Source of the DNA: Candidatus Moraniibacteriota bacterium
GTDB taxonomy: Bacteria > Patescibacteriota > Minisyncoccia > Moranbacterales > UBA1568
Length of the DNA stretch: 64,000 nt
Direction of reading: 5' to 3'
NCBI GenBank assembly: GCA_016699975.1
Contig: CP064994.1
Location: 917,874-981,873, forward strand
The notes beneath the pieces are model-generated. The model had not been told where the DNA came from and searched no databases. It was given only the letters and a program-made list of their open reading frames with translations. Each line of letters begins with the position of its first letter. Position 1 is the first letter of the stretch. Shown in pieces: positions 28,399 through 40,310 of this stretch. Made by a program: the position numbers and the translations under genes.

Positions 28399-28806
28399 TT
28401 AACGAAAGAGGTGAAAGACGTGAGGAGCGAAAATAATGATACCCACTAAAAAAGCGCCGGAGGCGGAAACGAGTACCGCGGCCGCCATGACATCCTTAAT
28501 GATTCTTGCGTATGGGTGAATGCGTGGCTGAAGCACATCCATGATTCGTTCGACTGCGGTATTGACGAGCTCAAGCGTGAGCACCCATGCGATCGAGAGA
28601 ACCAGCACTACCCGCTCCATAACCGAAACATCGAAGAGAATCATTCCCAACACTACCATCGATGCAACCAAAAGTTCGATTTGAAAATTCCGTTCGCCGC
28701 GAAGCACATAGCGGAACCCACGTGCCGCAAAAGAAAAACTTCGTACGGTTCGATTCATACGCAAAAAACGGAAAGAGAGATGTTGACAAGAGAGATACGA
28801 AGTCAA
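28399..28806 (-). CDS. dgkA: Diacylglycerol/undecaprenol kinase family (DgkA-like) membrane protein
   Basis: …GFRYVLRGERNFQIELL… and …LELVNTAVERIMD… match the prokaryotic DAGK signature, with three TM helices. Confidence 0.65.
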   Translation of the reverse strand: MTSYLSCQHLSFRFLRMNRTVRSFSFAARGFRYVLRGERNFQIELLVASMVVLGMILFDVSVMERVVLVLSIAWVLTLELVNTAVERIMDVLQPRIHPYARIIKDVMAAAVLVSASGAFLVGIIIFAPHVFHLFR

Positions 28807-28902
28807 CTCGTATCATATCACAGAAATTCGACACCAAAAAACGGCCCCACACAAAGAGGGGGCCGCTTTTGTGAAAAGAGAATCGATACTTCTCAAGAAA
28901 AT

Positions 28903-29367
28903 CTACGAAAGAATTTCCAGAGCGATTCGTCGTACCTCGGATCCATCGGCGTGTGGCAAAGATTTCATAACAACACCGATCACTTTTCCAAGTTCTTTCG
29001 AAGAGTCGGCCTGAGTTTCTTCGATTGCTTGTTCGACTGCAAGACGCGTCGCCTGCGAATCGGGAGCGCTCGGCATATAGGCACTCAATATTTCTCGCTC
29101 ACGATCTTCCTTTTCAGCCAATTCTTCGCGAGAGCCCGCACGATATTGTTTTGCGCTGTCTTCGCGCTGCTTTATGCTCCGGCGAATAACCGCATGAATA
29201 TCGGATTCGGAAAGCTGCGAAAGCGCCAGGCGCTTTTCAATCGCCACGCTTTTAAGTGCGCTCTCCAAAAAACGAAGCGTGTCGCGCCGAAACGTCTCTC
29301 CGGAGCGCATGGCGCGTTTCATATCTTCATGAATCGTTTCGATGAGCGGTGGCATAGGCGAAATCAT
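28903..29367 (-). CDS. GatB/YqeY domain protein
   Basis: …DMKRAMRSGETFRRDTLRFLESALK…QREDSAKQYRAGSREELAEKEDREREILSAYMP…KELGKVIGVVMKSL… is the typical YqeY family layout. Confidence 0.7.
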   Translation of the reverse strand: MISPMPPLIETIHEDMKRAMRSGETFRRDTLRFLESALKSVAIEKRLALSQLSESDIHAVIRRSIKQREDSAKQYRAGSREELAEKEDREREILSAYMPSAPDSQATRLAVEQAIEETQADSSKELGKVIGVVMKSLPHADGSEVRRIALEILS

Positions 29368-29655
29368 GAGAGGAGACTCATACTATTCGAAAATGAGTTT
29401 TTCGAATTTCCCCTCAAAGACGATACAGGATCATTCTCTTACGTGCGCATTTTTTAGAGATGCCGAGGAAAGAAGAAGGGGATGCTGCCACGCAGATATC
29501 GATCCCACACTTCTCTCTCGTTTTCGCGATCTTTCACTCTTCCTTCAAACAACTTCAGAAACACAAAAAGAATCGAATCCGAAACAGACTTCCAAAAAAC
29601 GCGTGAAGAAATGCTTTCCGAAAAGAGTGAAGCGTACGTATGTTCTTATCATCCT

Positions 29656-29910
29656 TTAGCGGTTAAGTTTTCGACGAACTTCACGAAGAGACTCTTCGTC
29701 AAAGCGTCCGAGTTTTTTCAGCCGGTCGATTTCTTTTCGAATCTTCACTTTGTACAGCGCTTCTTCCCGACGTTTCACACGACTCTTTTCTTCGAGCCTG
29801 AAGCGACCCTTTCGGACTCGCTGCAAAACACCGCTCTGCTGAACACGACGCGAAAATCTCCGGATCATGCTTTCCGGCGTTTCGCGATCTTTTTTACGAA
29901 TATGAATCAT
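29656..29910 (-). CDS. rpsU: 30S ribosomal protein S21
   Basis: MIHIRKKDRETPESMIRRFSRRVQQSGVLQRVRKGRFRLEEKSRVKRREEALYKVKIRKE… matches the S21 pattern (RRFKR…, KPS…RKR). The longer ORF starts at 29937; the internal Met is more likely. Confidence 0.7.
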   Translation of the reverse strand: MIHIRKKDRETPESMIRRFSRRVQQSGVLQRVRKGRFRLEEKSRVKRREEALYKVKIRKEIDRLKKLGRFDEESLREVRRKLNR

Positions 29911-29969
29911 ATCAAAAACCTCCTTTCCGAATACCACTCTCGCACAAAATAGTGGGGAGTGAGAACAAA

Positions 29970-30317
29970 CTAGGCAGGACGAATATCTTCGCGAAGCTTC
30001 GCGCCACCTATCAAGTGGAGGTGAATGTGCGGAATTTCCTGTCCGCCGTCTTTCCCCACTCGAAAGAGAAGTTTATACCCTTTCTCGGAAATATTCAAGC
30101 GAGCGGCGAGGCGGCTTGCCACGAGAATCAGGTGTCCCATAAGCTCCTCATCTTCGGGCTTGAGGTCATTGATGGAAGGAATGTGCCGCTTTGGAATGAG
30201 AAGGATATGAACGGGAGCGAGCGGATGAATATCGCGAAACGCGAGTATTTGTTCATCCTCGTACACAATATCCGCAGGAATTTCCCGATTGATAATTTGA
30301 GTAAAAACCGTCGACAT
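29970..30317 (-). CDS. HIT (histidine triad) family hydrolase
   Basis: MSTVFTQIINREIPADIVYEDEQILAFRDIHPLAPVHILLIPKRHI…QEIPHIHLHLIGG contains the HxHxHxx motif. Confidence 0.8.
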   Translation of the reverse strand: MSTVFTQIINREIPADIVYEDEQILAFRDIHPLAPVHILLIPKRHIPSINDLKPEDEELMGHLILVASRLAARLNISEKGYKLLFRVGKDGGQEIPHIHLHLIGGAKLREDIRPA

Positions 30318-30403
30318 AGGAGGAATGCGAAAAAGAAAGGAAACGTTTTCTCCCAAAAATTCTGGAAGAATTCTCTGATGTCTAACTCCTCTCTGAAGAT
30401 CTT

Positions 30404-31123
30404 TCAAAAACGAAGTCGTGGAGGAGCAGAAGGAATCGGGCCCGACGAGATACCTCGCGCCGAAGAGAAGCGACCAAATCCGGAGCCTGGTCTCGTAGGA
30501 GTATTTTCAGCCGAAGGAGTGGAACTGAGATTCCCCTTTCCGGGAGGAACATCAAACAGCGAGGATCGAGCATCACGAGCCCGGAACCCGGCACTTGGGC
30601 TTTGCATCCCCACGTGAGGACGAGTTCGGTACCGCGTCTGGAATCGTTTCGGAAAAAGTGTCCAGGCAAGCTTCCGAGCTTCTTTGGCGTCAATTGTTTT
30701 TCCCGCTCCACTTCGAAATTCCTGAAGTACTTCCTGCAGCCCCCACACTGTCACTCCTCCCCCCCTCGTTTCCCGGGATTTCTCCCGAAGAAGGCGGTTA
30801 AATTCCCGCACCTCTTCCGGTTTGTCCAGCACCTCGGCAATAGCGGGATTCCTCATGAATTCCTGCATAGCACGATTGTGCTTCGGATTTTCGTACCGAA
30901 TATCTCTCTCGAAAAAAATTTTCCGATCACCGTACGCAATACCAAGCCGCTTCTCGGGAGCTTTCGATGGGACACTCAAGTCAAAAGGCTTCTCCCTTTT
31001 TCCGAATGCCGGAGAAGAATTTGGTTGTGAGGCACTCGCGCGCGAGACCGCCGACTGATTTCCCGTTTGGCGCATCGCAGACGAAGAGACGGATCCAGTA
31101 ACAAAATTTCCGGGAATAGCCAT
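30404..31123 (-). CDS. Hypothetical protein, no recognisable family; low-complexity Ser/Gly/Pro-rich termini
   Basis: 239-aa ORF between hisS and the HIT gene, co-directional and tightly packed. The central region (…FMRNPAIAEVLDKPEEVREFNRLLREKSRETRGGGVTVWGLQEVLQEF…) is ordinary. No TM helix. Confidence 0.4.
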   Translation of the reverse strand: MAIPGNFVTGSVSSSAMRQTGNQSAVSRASASQPNSSPAFGKREKPFDLSVPSKAPEKRLGIAYGDRKIFFERDIRYENPKHNRAMQEFMRNPAIAEVLDKPEEVREFNRLLREKSRETRGGGVTVWGLQEVLQEFRSGAGKTIDAKEARKLAWTLFPKRFQTRYRTRPHVGMQSPSAGFRARDARSSLFDVPPGKGNLSSTPSAENTPTRPGSGFGRFSSARGISSGPIPSAPPRLRF

Positions 31124-31202
31124 ATCATTTTTCGGAGAGATGATACGAGCAACCCTCCAAATATTCAGTCTGTGAAATGAGCGACCGAAGCTTTGAATAA
31201 GT

Positions 31203-32591
31203 TCAAGATTTCACGGGGTGATGGGACTGCGCATTACTCTTCAGAATTTTTTTGAGCGCACAAACAAGTTTATCCTGCCGAACCGTTTCCTGCGCACCTG
31301 TCACCATGTCTTTGAGAATAACGGTTCCGTCGAGCGCCTCCTTCTGTCCGATGATGAGCGTCACTTCGGCATTCGCTTTATTGGCCGAGCGCAGTTGCGA
31401 TTTCAAATTCCCACGACCAAAACTTTCCGCCACCAAGACATCGTTTTTTTGGAGCTCCGAAAAGACACGGAGACTCTTCCTCTTCGCAAGATCTCCAAGC
31501 TGCGCAAGAAACACTTTGGGACGCAGTTCGCGGTACGGCTTCCCGCCGAGGCGAATCATTTCGAGCACGAGCCGATCCATGCCGAGGCCAAATCCGATCG
31601 CGGGAGTGTTCTCCCCGCCCAGTGATTTTATAAGTCCATCATAGCGCCCACCTCCACCCAAAGACGCTTTTTTGCCTTCGCCAAGAGTACCAACCGAGTA
31701 AATTTCAAAAACGGTTTTCGTATAGTAATCGAGGCCGCGCACCAGTCGCGGATTCACTACATAGGGGATCGCCAGCTCATCAAGGTATTCGAGGAGCGAT
31801 TTAAAATGTGCTTTCGATTCGGGGTCAAGATATTCCGCCGACTTCGGGGCGTTCACGGTTACCTGAAAACACTTGTCTTCTTTGCAGTCAAGCACCCGAA
31901 GTGGATTTTTCACGAGACGGTCTTTGCAGTTTTGACACAACTTGTGCTTCTGAGATTCGAGATAACGAACCAGAATTTTCCGATATTCCTTTCGCCCTTC
32001 CGGCGTTCCTATGCTGTTTACTTGGAATTCGATATCTTTGAGTCCAAGCTGCGAAAGAATGCGAGACGCAATCTGAAAAATCTGCGCGTCGAGAATCGAG
32101 TCTTCTTCTCCGAAAATATCAAAATTCGCCTGCCAGTGCTCGCGGTATCGTCCTTCTTGTGGTCGATCATATCGGTACACGGGACCCGTCGAAAACAACT
32201 TGATCGGCTTCGGAAGCACCTGCATGCCATGTTCGATATAAGCGCGCGCCAAACTGGCCGTCAACTCAGGGCGAAGCGCCGCCCGATCTCCTCCGCGCGT
32301 TTCGAAGAGGTATATTTCTTTGTCGATAATATCCGTTCCCGTTCCAATCGACCGAGTAAAGAGGTGGGCGTATTCAGCAATCGGAGTGTCGATACGGTGA
32401 AACGCAAACTCCTGACACGCGCTCGAGAGAAGCCGACGAACACGTTCCCAGTACGGTTGTTCGTCGGGCAATATATCTCGCATCCCGCGAAGCGTCTGGA
32501 CGACGAGCGATTCTTTCGAACTTCCTGCTTTCTTGCCTCCCTCGAGATCTTTTTTTCGGGGAGACTCTTTTTTTGAAGCGACCGACATCAT
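31203..32591 (-). CDS. hisS: Histidyl-tRNA synthetase
   Basis: …VQTLRGMRDILPDEQPYWERV… (motif 1 region)…YRYDRPQEGRYREHWQANFDIFG… (class II motif 2)…GGGGRYDGL… (motif 3), with a C-terminal anticodon-binding domain. Confidence 0.9.
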   Translation of the reverse strand: MMSVASKKESPRKKDLEGGKKAGSSKESLVVQTLRGMRDILPDEQPYWERVRRLLSSACQEFAFHRIDTPIAEYAHLFTRSIGTGTDIIDKEIYLFETRGGDRAALRPELTASLARAYIEHGMQVLPKPIKLFSTGPVYRYDRPQEGRYREHWQANFDIFGEEDSILDAQIFQIASRILSQLGLKDIEFQVNSIGTPEGRKEYRKILVRYLESQKHKLCQNCKDRLVKNPLRVLDCKEDKCFQVTVNAPKSAEYLDPESKAHFKSLLEYLDELAIPYVVNPRLVRGLDYYTKTVFEIYSVGTLGEGKKASLGGGGRYDGLIKSLGGENTPAIGFGLGMDRLVLEMIRLGGKPYRELRPKVFLAQLGDLAKRKSLRVFSELQKNDVLVAESFGRGNLKSQLRSANKANAEVTLIIGQKEALDGTVILKDMVTGAQETVRQDKLVCALKKILKSNAQSHHPVKS

Positions 32592-32807
32592 AAGATCATG
32601 TCATAGAGAAACTCAATTTTTTCCGAAGCGCTGCACAACGCTTCACGCTCTCCCATCAGTATCAATTATTGTATTATTGTATCATCCACATGGTCTCTGC
32701 AAAACACAGAGTTTTCACGAAGAGACGATGTGGAGGATGCGCGAAGAGGCTCCAAAAAAACCAGAGAGCATTTCGATTCCCTTCTCTGTGGAGAGCTCCG
32801 TTTTCCT

Positions 32808-33473
32808 TTAAAAAATCTTCCATCGATCAAGCGGCCACGCACGAAGCAACACTTTTCCCGTCACTCGATCCTTCGAGACCGGTCCAAAAGATCGAGAGTC
32901 TCGACTTGCCGTTCGATTGTCCCCAAGCACAAAATATTCATTCTCGGTAAGTGTAAACGATTTCTCGCCAAGCGTTTTGACAGAAGGAAGTAAATACTGT
33001 CGCTCATCGACAAAAAATCCATCCGGGTTTTCTTTGTTTCGGACTCGAACTCGCGACCCCACCACCTCGACGGTTTCTCCAGGAAGTCCGATCACACGCT
33101 TGATAAAGTATTGTCCGGTGATACCGGGAGGACGAAACACCACCGGATCTCCGCGCTCAAGTTCTCGAGAAGGCCGGACACGAAAAATTTCTTTTGCGCC
33201 AAGAGCAAGCGATGTCTCTTTGTACCCAAACTCTCGAATAAGGAGATATTCTCCGTCATGAAAGTTGGGCTCCATACTCGAGCCCTGGACAAAGAACGGC
33301 TGGAACAAGAAAACCCGGACAGGTATAATGATAACGAACGCTAAGAGCGCGATCTTGAGAAGCTCCCACAAGAATCCCTTTACACCCACCATCTCTTCTT
33401 CAGAGGCAGGGAGAGGAGAGTCCCGGAATTTTCGTGTTTCCATACGAGAATCGTTCGATACCTGAGTTGCCAC
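32808..33473 (-). CDS. lepB: Signal peptidase I (S26 family)
   Basis: An N-terminal TM helix, then …FVQGSSMEPNFHDGEYLLI… (catalytic Ser box) and …YFVLGDNRTASRDSRSFGPV… (box E). Confidence 0.85.
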   Translation of the reverse strand: MATQVSNDSRMETRKFRDSPLPASEEEMVGVKGFLWELLKIALLAFVIIIPVRVFLFQPFFVQGSSMEPNFHDGEYLLIREFGYKETSLALGAKEIFRVRPSRELERGDPVVFRPPGITGQYFIKRVIGLPGETVEVVGSRVRVRNKENPDGFFVDERQYLLPSVKTLGEKSFTLTENEYFVLGDNRTASRDSRSFGPVSKDRVTGKVLLRAWPLDRWKIF

Positions 33474-33606
33474 TCAAACGCCGAGTACTCTTTCGTCTTT
33501 TGTGCAATGCTCTACTTTTCCAAGTCTTCTCTTTCTTTTCTCGAAGGACGAAATCAAAAAAAGCCGAGAGAGTCTTCTCAATCAATAAAGAGACAAAACC
33601 TTCCGC

Positions 33607-35373
33607 ATGCATTCCACTGTTTTTTGGTTCCTCAAAAAGAAAAATAACGCTCGAAATCAGGAGCAGGAAATCCGAGAAATACTCGACATAACATCGGCAG
33701 AATATCACGCTCACTCCTTGATTGGCAAGATAAGTCTTTTCCTTCTCGATTCCATGGACAGCCTCCGAAAAAAACCGCGCCACAAACCCCTTGCAGCCGG
33801 AAGATATATTCCTGTTTCTTCCGCGCAGGCAACACCTCCCTTCCTCGGTCCCCGAGAACAAATCTTTGCCTTTCCTCCTGCAAGAATATCGCAAAGCAAA
33901 CGAACACTCTCCCGAAAACTAGCAAGAGTCATCCTCACGATTGGACTCCTCCTTTTGTGTCTCTTTGGATACTTTTCCTGGAAAGTCGGGCAAGCAACAC
34001 GCCTTCTCGACCCCACTCCTTCCGCGTCCACCCCCTTCGCTGACACGCTTTCCGGAGCTGGTTCGCTTATTTCGCCCCTCACAGAGAGGGAACAATTTCC
34101 CCTCCTCGGCGAATCCGAAGGCAGAACCAATATCCTCCTTCTTGGAAAATCGAACGAGCACACCGCGGGACAACATTTGACCGACACGATTATGGTGGCA
34201 AGTCTTGACTTCGAGCGAAAAAAAATCGCACTTCTCTCTCTCCCGCGGGATCTCTATGTAACCCTGCCAGAACTCAACCTCTCCGCCAAAATAAATTCCC
34301 TCTACCAATATGATGTTAAAAATAATACCGGCGCCGACACTATCAAAGTGGCGGTTTCTGAAATTACAAATCTCCCTATTCATTACTTCGCAGTCGTCGA
34401 CTACGACGGATTTTCCGGAGTGGTCGATGCACTCGGTGGCGTGAGTGTCTATGTCGAGCGAGACCTTTTCGATCCGCGATTTCCCGGACCGAACTATAGT
34501 TATGAGACATTCGACATAAAGCGAGGGTGGCACACCCTTGATGGAAAAACCGCTCTCAAGTACGTCCGCGAGCGACATGCCGATCCCGAGGGCGATTTCG
34601 GAAGAGCCAAGCGTCAGCATGATGTGCTTCTCGCGCTCCGCAACAAAGCGTTTTCTCTCAAAATACTTCTCAATCCACTTGCCATTGGGAACGTCATCGA
34701 GAGTTTGAGTGAGCATATTCGAACTGATCTCTCCCCCAAGGAAATGCGCAGCCTTGTCGCGCGAGCCGAAGAATTTGATACAAAAAATATTTCCACAGCT
34801 GTTCTCGATGCCTGGAAGAAAACGAGCCTTCTCAGAGTATCACACATACCGGTAGGCCCGATCGCCATGTTCATCCTTCTTCCAAGAACAGGAAACTGGA
34901 GCGAAACGCGAGAGCTCGCCGAAAATATTTTCGATATCGAAAAAATAGAAGAGCGAAAGCGCCTTATCGTAGAAGAATCCGCGACGATCGTCCTGCGAAA
35001 TCAATCCGGTATCCCTTCTGCCGGGAAGCGACTACAGACACTGCTCCTCGAAGACCTCGGGATGAAGAAAGTGAAGCTCTCCGACGACACACCGAAAAAC
35101 GTCATTATGGACACGCAGCTGCGAGCATCCACGGGAACCGAGAGTATTACAACGCTCGACGAGCTGGCTCAAAAATTCTCCATCAGAAATATTGAGCGAA
35201 AAGATTTCACGCGTACCGAAGACGGCGATACAGATATTGTGATCACCATTGGGAAAGATCTTGCACAACGCCTTTCCTTCGAAGAGAATTCTCCGGACGA
35301 TATCCGTCGTTCCGAAAATGATGTAGAGTATCAGAAAAAGATACATGATCTTCTTGCGCCATCCAACCTATGA
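33607..35373 (+). CDS. LytR-CpsA-Psr (LCP) family cell-envelope phosphotransferase with C-terminal LytR_C domain
   Basis: TM anchor (LTIGLLLLCLFGYF), then …NILLLGKSNEHTAGQHLTDTIMVASLD…LSLPRDLYV…HYFAVVDYDGFSGVVDALGGVSV…LKYVRERHADPEGDFGRAKRQHDVL…. Confidence 0.8.
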   Translation: MHSTVFWFLKKKNNARNQEQEIREILDITSAEYHAHSLIGKISLFLLDSMDSLRKKPRHKPLAAGRYIPVSSAQATPPFLGPREQIFAFPPARISQSKRTLSRKLARVILTIGLLLLCLFGYFSWKVGQATRLLDPTPSASTPFADTLSGAGSLISPLTEREQFPLLGESEGRTNILLLGKSNEHTAGQHLTDTIMVASLDFERKKIALLSLPRDLYVTLPELNLSAKINSLYQYDVKNNTGADTIKVAVSEITNLPIHYFAVVDYDGFSGVVDALGGVSVYVERDLFDPRFPGPNYSYETFDIKRGWHTLDGKTALKYVRERHADPEGDFGRAKRQHDVLLALRNKAFSLKILLNPLAIGNVIESLSEHIRTDLSPKEMRSLVARAEEFDTKNISTAVLDAWKKTSLLRVSHIPVGPIAMFILLPRTGNWSETRELAENIFDIEKIEERKRLIVEESATIVLRNQSGIPSAGKRLQTLLLEDLGMKKVKLSDDTPKNVIMDTQLRASTGTESITTLDELAQKFSIRNIERKDFTRTEDGDTDIVITIGKDLAQRLSFEENSPDDIRRSENDVEYQKKIHDLLAPSNL

Positions 35374-35942
35374 AATACATTATCGGCCTCGGCAATCCGG
35401 GAGAGCGCTACCAAAACACTCGCCATAATATCGGTGCGGCTTTCACAAAACGCCTTAGAGCTCAATGGGGATTTCCTGAATTCCGGGATTCTTCGCGATT
35501 CCTCGCAGATGTGTCAATCGGTGAAAAACACAGAGAGAAAATTCTGATGGCGCTCCCTACCACATTTATGAATCTTTCCGGCGATTGCGTCCGAGCCATA
35601 CTCCGTTTCTATCGTGGTTCGCTCAAAGATCTCATTATCGTACACGACGAACTCGATCTCCCGCTCGGAACCTTTCGCGCCTCATTCGATTCCCGATCAG
35701 CCGGTCATCACGGTGTCGAAAGCATCATTGACGCTCTCGGCAGCAAAGCATTTCTTCGATATCGTATCGGAATTGGTCCTAAAACAGTCGAGGGCCAAAC
35801 AAAACCGGACGCTTCCGAACTCGTACTCAATTCTTTCCTCTCTGAAGAACGCGCGCTCGTTGAATCCTGTTTCCTGCCTTCGAATCCGCTCTCGAAGAGT
35901 TCTTCACCTCAATCAATCCTCTCAAAGCCTCCACTTAAATAA
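35370..35942 (+). CDS. pth: Peptidyl-tRNA hydrolase
   Basis: MKYIIGLGNPGERYQNTRHNIGAAFTKRL…TFMNLSGDCV…IIVHDELDLPLGTFR…GHHGVESI… Start overlaps the LCP stop (ATGA). Confidence 0.9.
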   Translation: MKYIIGLGNPGERYQNTRHNIGAAFTKRLRAQWGFPEFRDSSRFLADVSIGEKHREKILMALPTTFMNLSGDCVRAILRFYRGSLKDLIIVHDELDLPLGTFRASFDSRSAGHHGVESIIDALGSKAFLRYRIGIGPKTVEGQTKPDASELVLNSFLSEERALVESCFLPSNPLSKSSSPQSILSKPPLK

Positions 35943-35965
35943 CTTTCAAAATTCCACAAAAAGAA

Positions 35966-35995
35966 ACGTCCCGAAAAAGCGGGACGCTTTTTTTG
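35966..35995 (+). terminator. Intrinsic terminator after pth
   Basis: aacGTCCCGaaaaaGCGGGACgcttttttt: 6-bp stem plus T7. Confidence 0.55.
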
Positions 35996-35998
35996 CTG

Positions 35999-36125
35999 GC
36001 ACATCGGGTTCCATCCGCAGTCACGACATCGGAAAAACCGTTATCGCGTACCCTTCGGGGACTTAAGGAGGGATAGTCCTCGAACGTTCTGCGGACGGAG
36101 CCGGATGTGCCGTAGCAGGAGCTCA
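35999..36125. ncRNA. Candidate structured small RNA in the pth-rplY convergent gap; identity unknown
   Basis: Nested long-range complementarity: GGCACATC (35999) with GATGTGCC (36106), and TCCGCAG (36014) with CTGCGGA (36089). Local hairpins CCCTTCGGGG (UUCG tetraloop) and GAGGGATAGTCCTC. No ORF. The 550-bp gap is otherwise unexplained. Confidence 0.25.
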
Positions 36126-36498
36126 TACCTTATCGAGGAAATCGGAGTCTAGCAGGAAAAGAACAGGGTGTCAAGGTGTTTTCCCCTTTCTTGTCAGTGT
36201 TTCCTAACACAAGAAGAAAAAATTGTCTAGAGAAGAACCCTCATTGTCGCCGTGATCTCAAAAGAGCGAATGACCGACATCGTGTTTTCGCCCCAGCCTC
36301 CACAGGGAAACCGCCGGACGTCAAATCCTCGCACGTGCCTGTAACTCGTCTTCAAACTTAAAAAAATCGAGAGACAATGATAGCGAGAAATTTTTAAGGA
36401 AAGGAAAACCAAAGAGGAATCCGAGTTTCTCTTCTTCGGTTTGAAAGAGCGAGAGAAAAGACGGGGGATCGAATCTGGAAAGAGAAAGAAGCGAAAGT

Positions 36499-37161
36499 CT
36501 AGGCAGACTTTTCTTCGGAAGCAGGCGTCTCTTTGACTACTCCCTCAATTTTGGTAACATCGGCTTCAATTTTGGAGTCAAGCGCCGCCATTTCTTCGTC
36601 ACTTCGCGGACGTTCCACAAGCGCTACAACCGTTTGCGGATCATCAGTAACGCGTACTCCTTCGGGAACTACCACATCCGAAACACGTATCTGATCGTCA
36701 AAAGTAGTAAGTGCGGAAATATCAACGGAGAGCTCGTGCGGGAGAGCAGCCGGCAAACAGGAAACCCCCACTTCGTCGAGCGCTTTTACAAGCACCCCGC
36801 CGAGCGCTTTCACAGCAGGCGCTTCTCCAATAAACATGAGCGGAATATTAGCTTCTATCTCCTCATCCATTCTCACTTGGTAGAAATCGGCGTGAATATA
36901 CCGACCCGAAAGAGGATCGATCGCCACATCATAAATAAGAACAGAGCTCTTTTTCCCGGAAGAGAGGGCGAGTTCGATGATAGTATTTTCTCCCGCCTGG
37001 GAATAAATTCTGGAAAATTCCAAAAAAGAAACCGAGAGCGCTTCGGAGTCGAGGCCTCGTCCGTACAAAACAGCCGGTATTCTTCCGTCCTTCCGCAGAA
37101 GATGATTTTTTCCTTTTCCTTTTTTTCGCTCTTCGGCCGATAATGTAAGTGGAGTCGTCAT
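36499..37161 (-). CDS. rplY: 50S ribosomal protein L25 / general stress protein Ctc
   Basis: …LSAEERKKGKGKNHLLRKDGRIPAVLYGRG… is the canonical L25/Ctc N-terminus. Also …HADFYQV… and a C-terminal beta-barrel domain. Confidence 0.85.
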   Translation of the reverse strand: MTTPLTLSAEERKKGKGKNHLLRKDGRIPAVLYGRGLDSEALSVSFLEFSRIYSQAGENTIIELALSSGKKSSVLIYDVAIDPLSGRYIHADFYQVRMDEEIEANIPLMFIGEAPAVKALGGVLVKALDEVGVSCLPAALPHELSVDISALTTFDDQIRVSDVVVPEGVRVTDDPQTVVALVERPRSDEEMAALDSKIEADVTKIEGVVKETPASEEKSA

Positions 37162-37242
37162 AATAAAATCTTCTCAAAGACTGGAATTACCGAAATACGT
37201 ATCCGCTTCCTCGGGAGACTTTACACTCCCGTCCCTTCCCGT

Positions 37243-37596
37243 TCAATCGAGAATTTCTGCCAATTGATCCGCCGATTGGTTCAGAAAAATGTAGGCGTCA
37301 AGCGCGTCTTCCACGGGCACTGCTTCTTTTCCGACAGAGGCACGCGCTTCTTCTCCGGAAAGATCCGTGAGAACGCCGATACTCGCCACCCCCCACTGAC
37401 TTGCGGAGACGGAGAGAATACTCGATACGCCACATGATGGACACGAGAGGTGGAGCGTCGAGTGAGTGTCGTCATCGGAGAGAGGGACCCCCATCGCCGA
37501 GGCGTACTTCTTTTGGCACACCGGGCATTTGGCAAGGGGCGTAACATGACCAAGAGGCACATTCATAGAAACGTTCGAAGAATCGGAAAGGAACAA
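37243..37596 (-). CDS. Hypothetical zinc-ribbon protein (CxxC…CxxC)
   Basis: …LAKCPVCQKKY…LHLSCPSCGVSS… followed by an acidic C-terminal tail. No family recognised. The true start could be the internal Met (MNVPLGH). Confidence 0.35.
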   Translation of the reverse strand: MFLSDSSNVSMNVPLGHVTPLAKCPVCQKKYASAMGVPLSDDDTHSTLHLSCPSCGVSSILSVSASQWGVASIGVLTDLSGEEARASVGKEAVPVEDALDAYIFLNQSADQLAEILD

Positions 37597-37695
37597 ACTG
37601 TTCGAAAGGAGCGTACCACAAGAAAAGATTTCCCGTCAAGATTTCGCTATTGGTGTCTTGGACAGACAAGAGGGAAATATTGCCTCAAACGGAAT

Positions 37696-39740
<2,045 letters not shown>

Positions 39741-40310
39741 TCAAGGATTGAGACGGGAAATTCCACCAGATGTCGTCTTCTTCTGTGTTCGAGACTGAGA
39801 CAATCGGAGAAAAAATATTTCTATGAGAAGAAAGGGAAGAAAAAGAAAAACAGCTCCCCACCACACGAGCCATCCCCTCTGAAAAAAAACGAGAAGTGAC
39901 ATCGCAAAGAGCGACAACAGTGCTCCTTGTCGAAAGCTTTTTCCCAGAAGAAAGAGTGCCTCTTCTTCCCCGAAGAGCGCTTTTCGTACCAGAAGGAGAA
40001 TGCCGGACCCAATTCCCCCAGAGAGGAGAAAGAACGTTGTCCCGACGAGCGCCCACTCAGAGAAGCCGGCCGTCTCGGGATCAATGTACCAAAGAAGAGC
40101 GGCTCCAGAAAAAAAGGCAACCCCCACCGCCAAAAAAAGTGCGCCCAGAGTCAGCGACCACTTCATAGAAAAAGCGACAAACAAAGAAAGAGAGTCCTTC
40201 TCCGTGCTTTTGAGTATAGCCAAAATCCTTTCCCCAAGCAAGGCCAGAAACAAAAAAGAGTCGCCTGAGGCGCACTCTCTTTTCTCTCTGAGATGCCTTC
40301 ATGATCACCC

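Noticed and set aside
36440-36480. gacGGGGGATCGAATCtgg resembling a tRNA/tmRNA T-arm
   Set aside because: There is no complementary CCCCC to close the T-stem. No acceptor stem or CCA context exists on either strand.

A wider scan for GGTTCGAATCC-type T-loop motifs and their complements found no convincing tRNA anywhere in the window.
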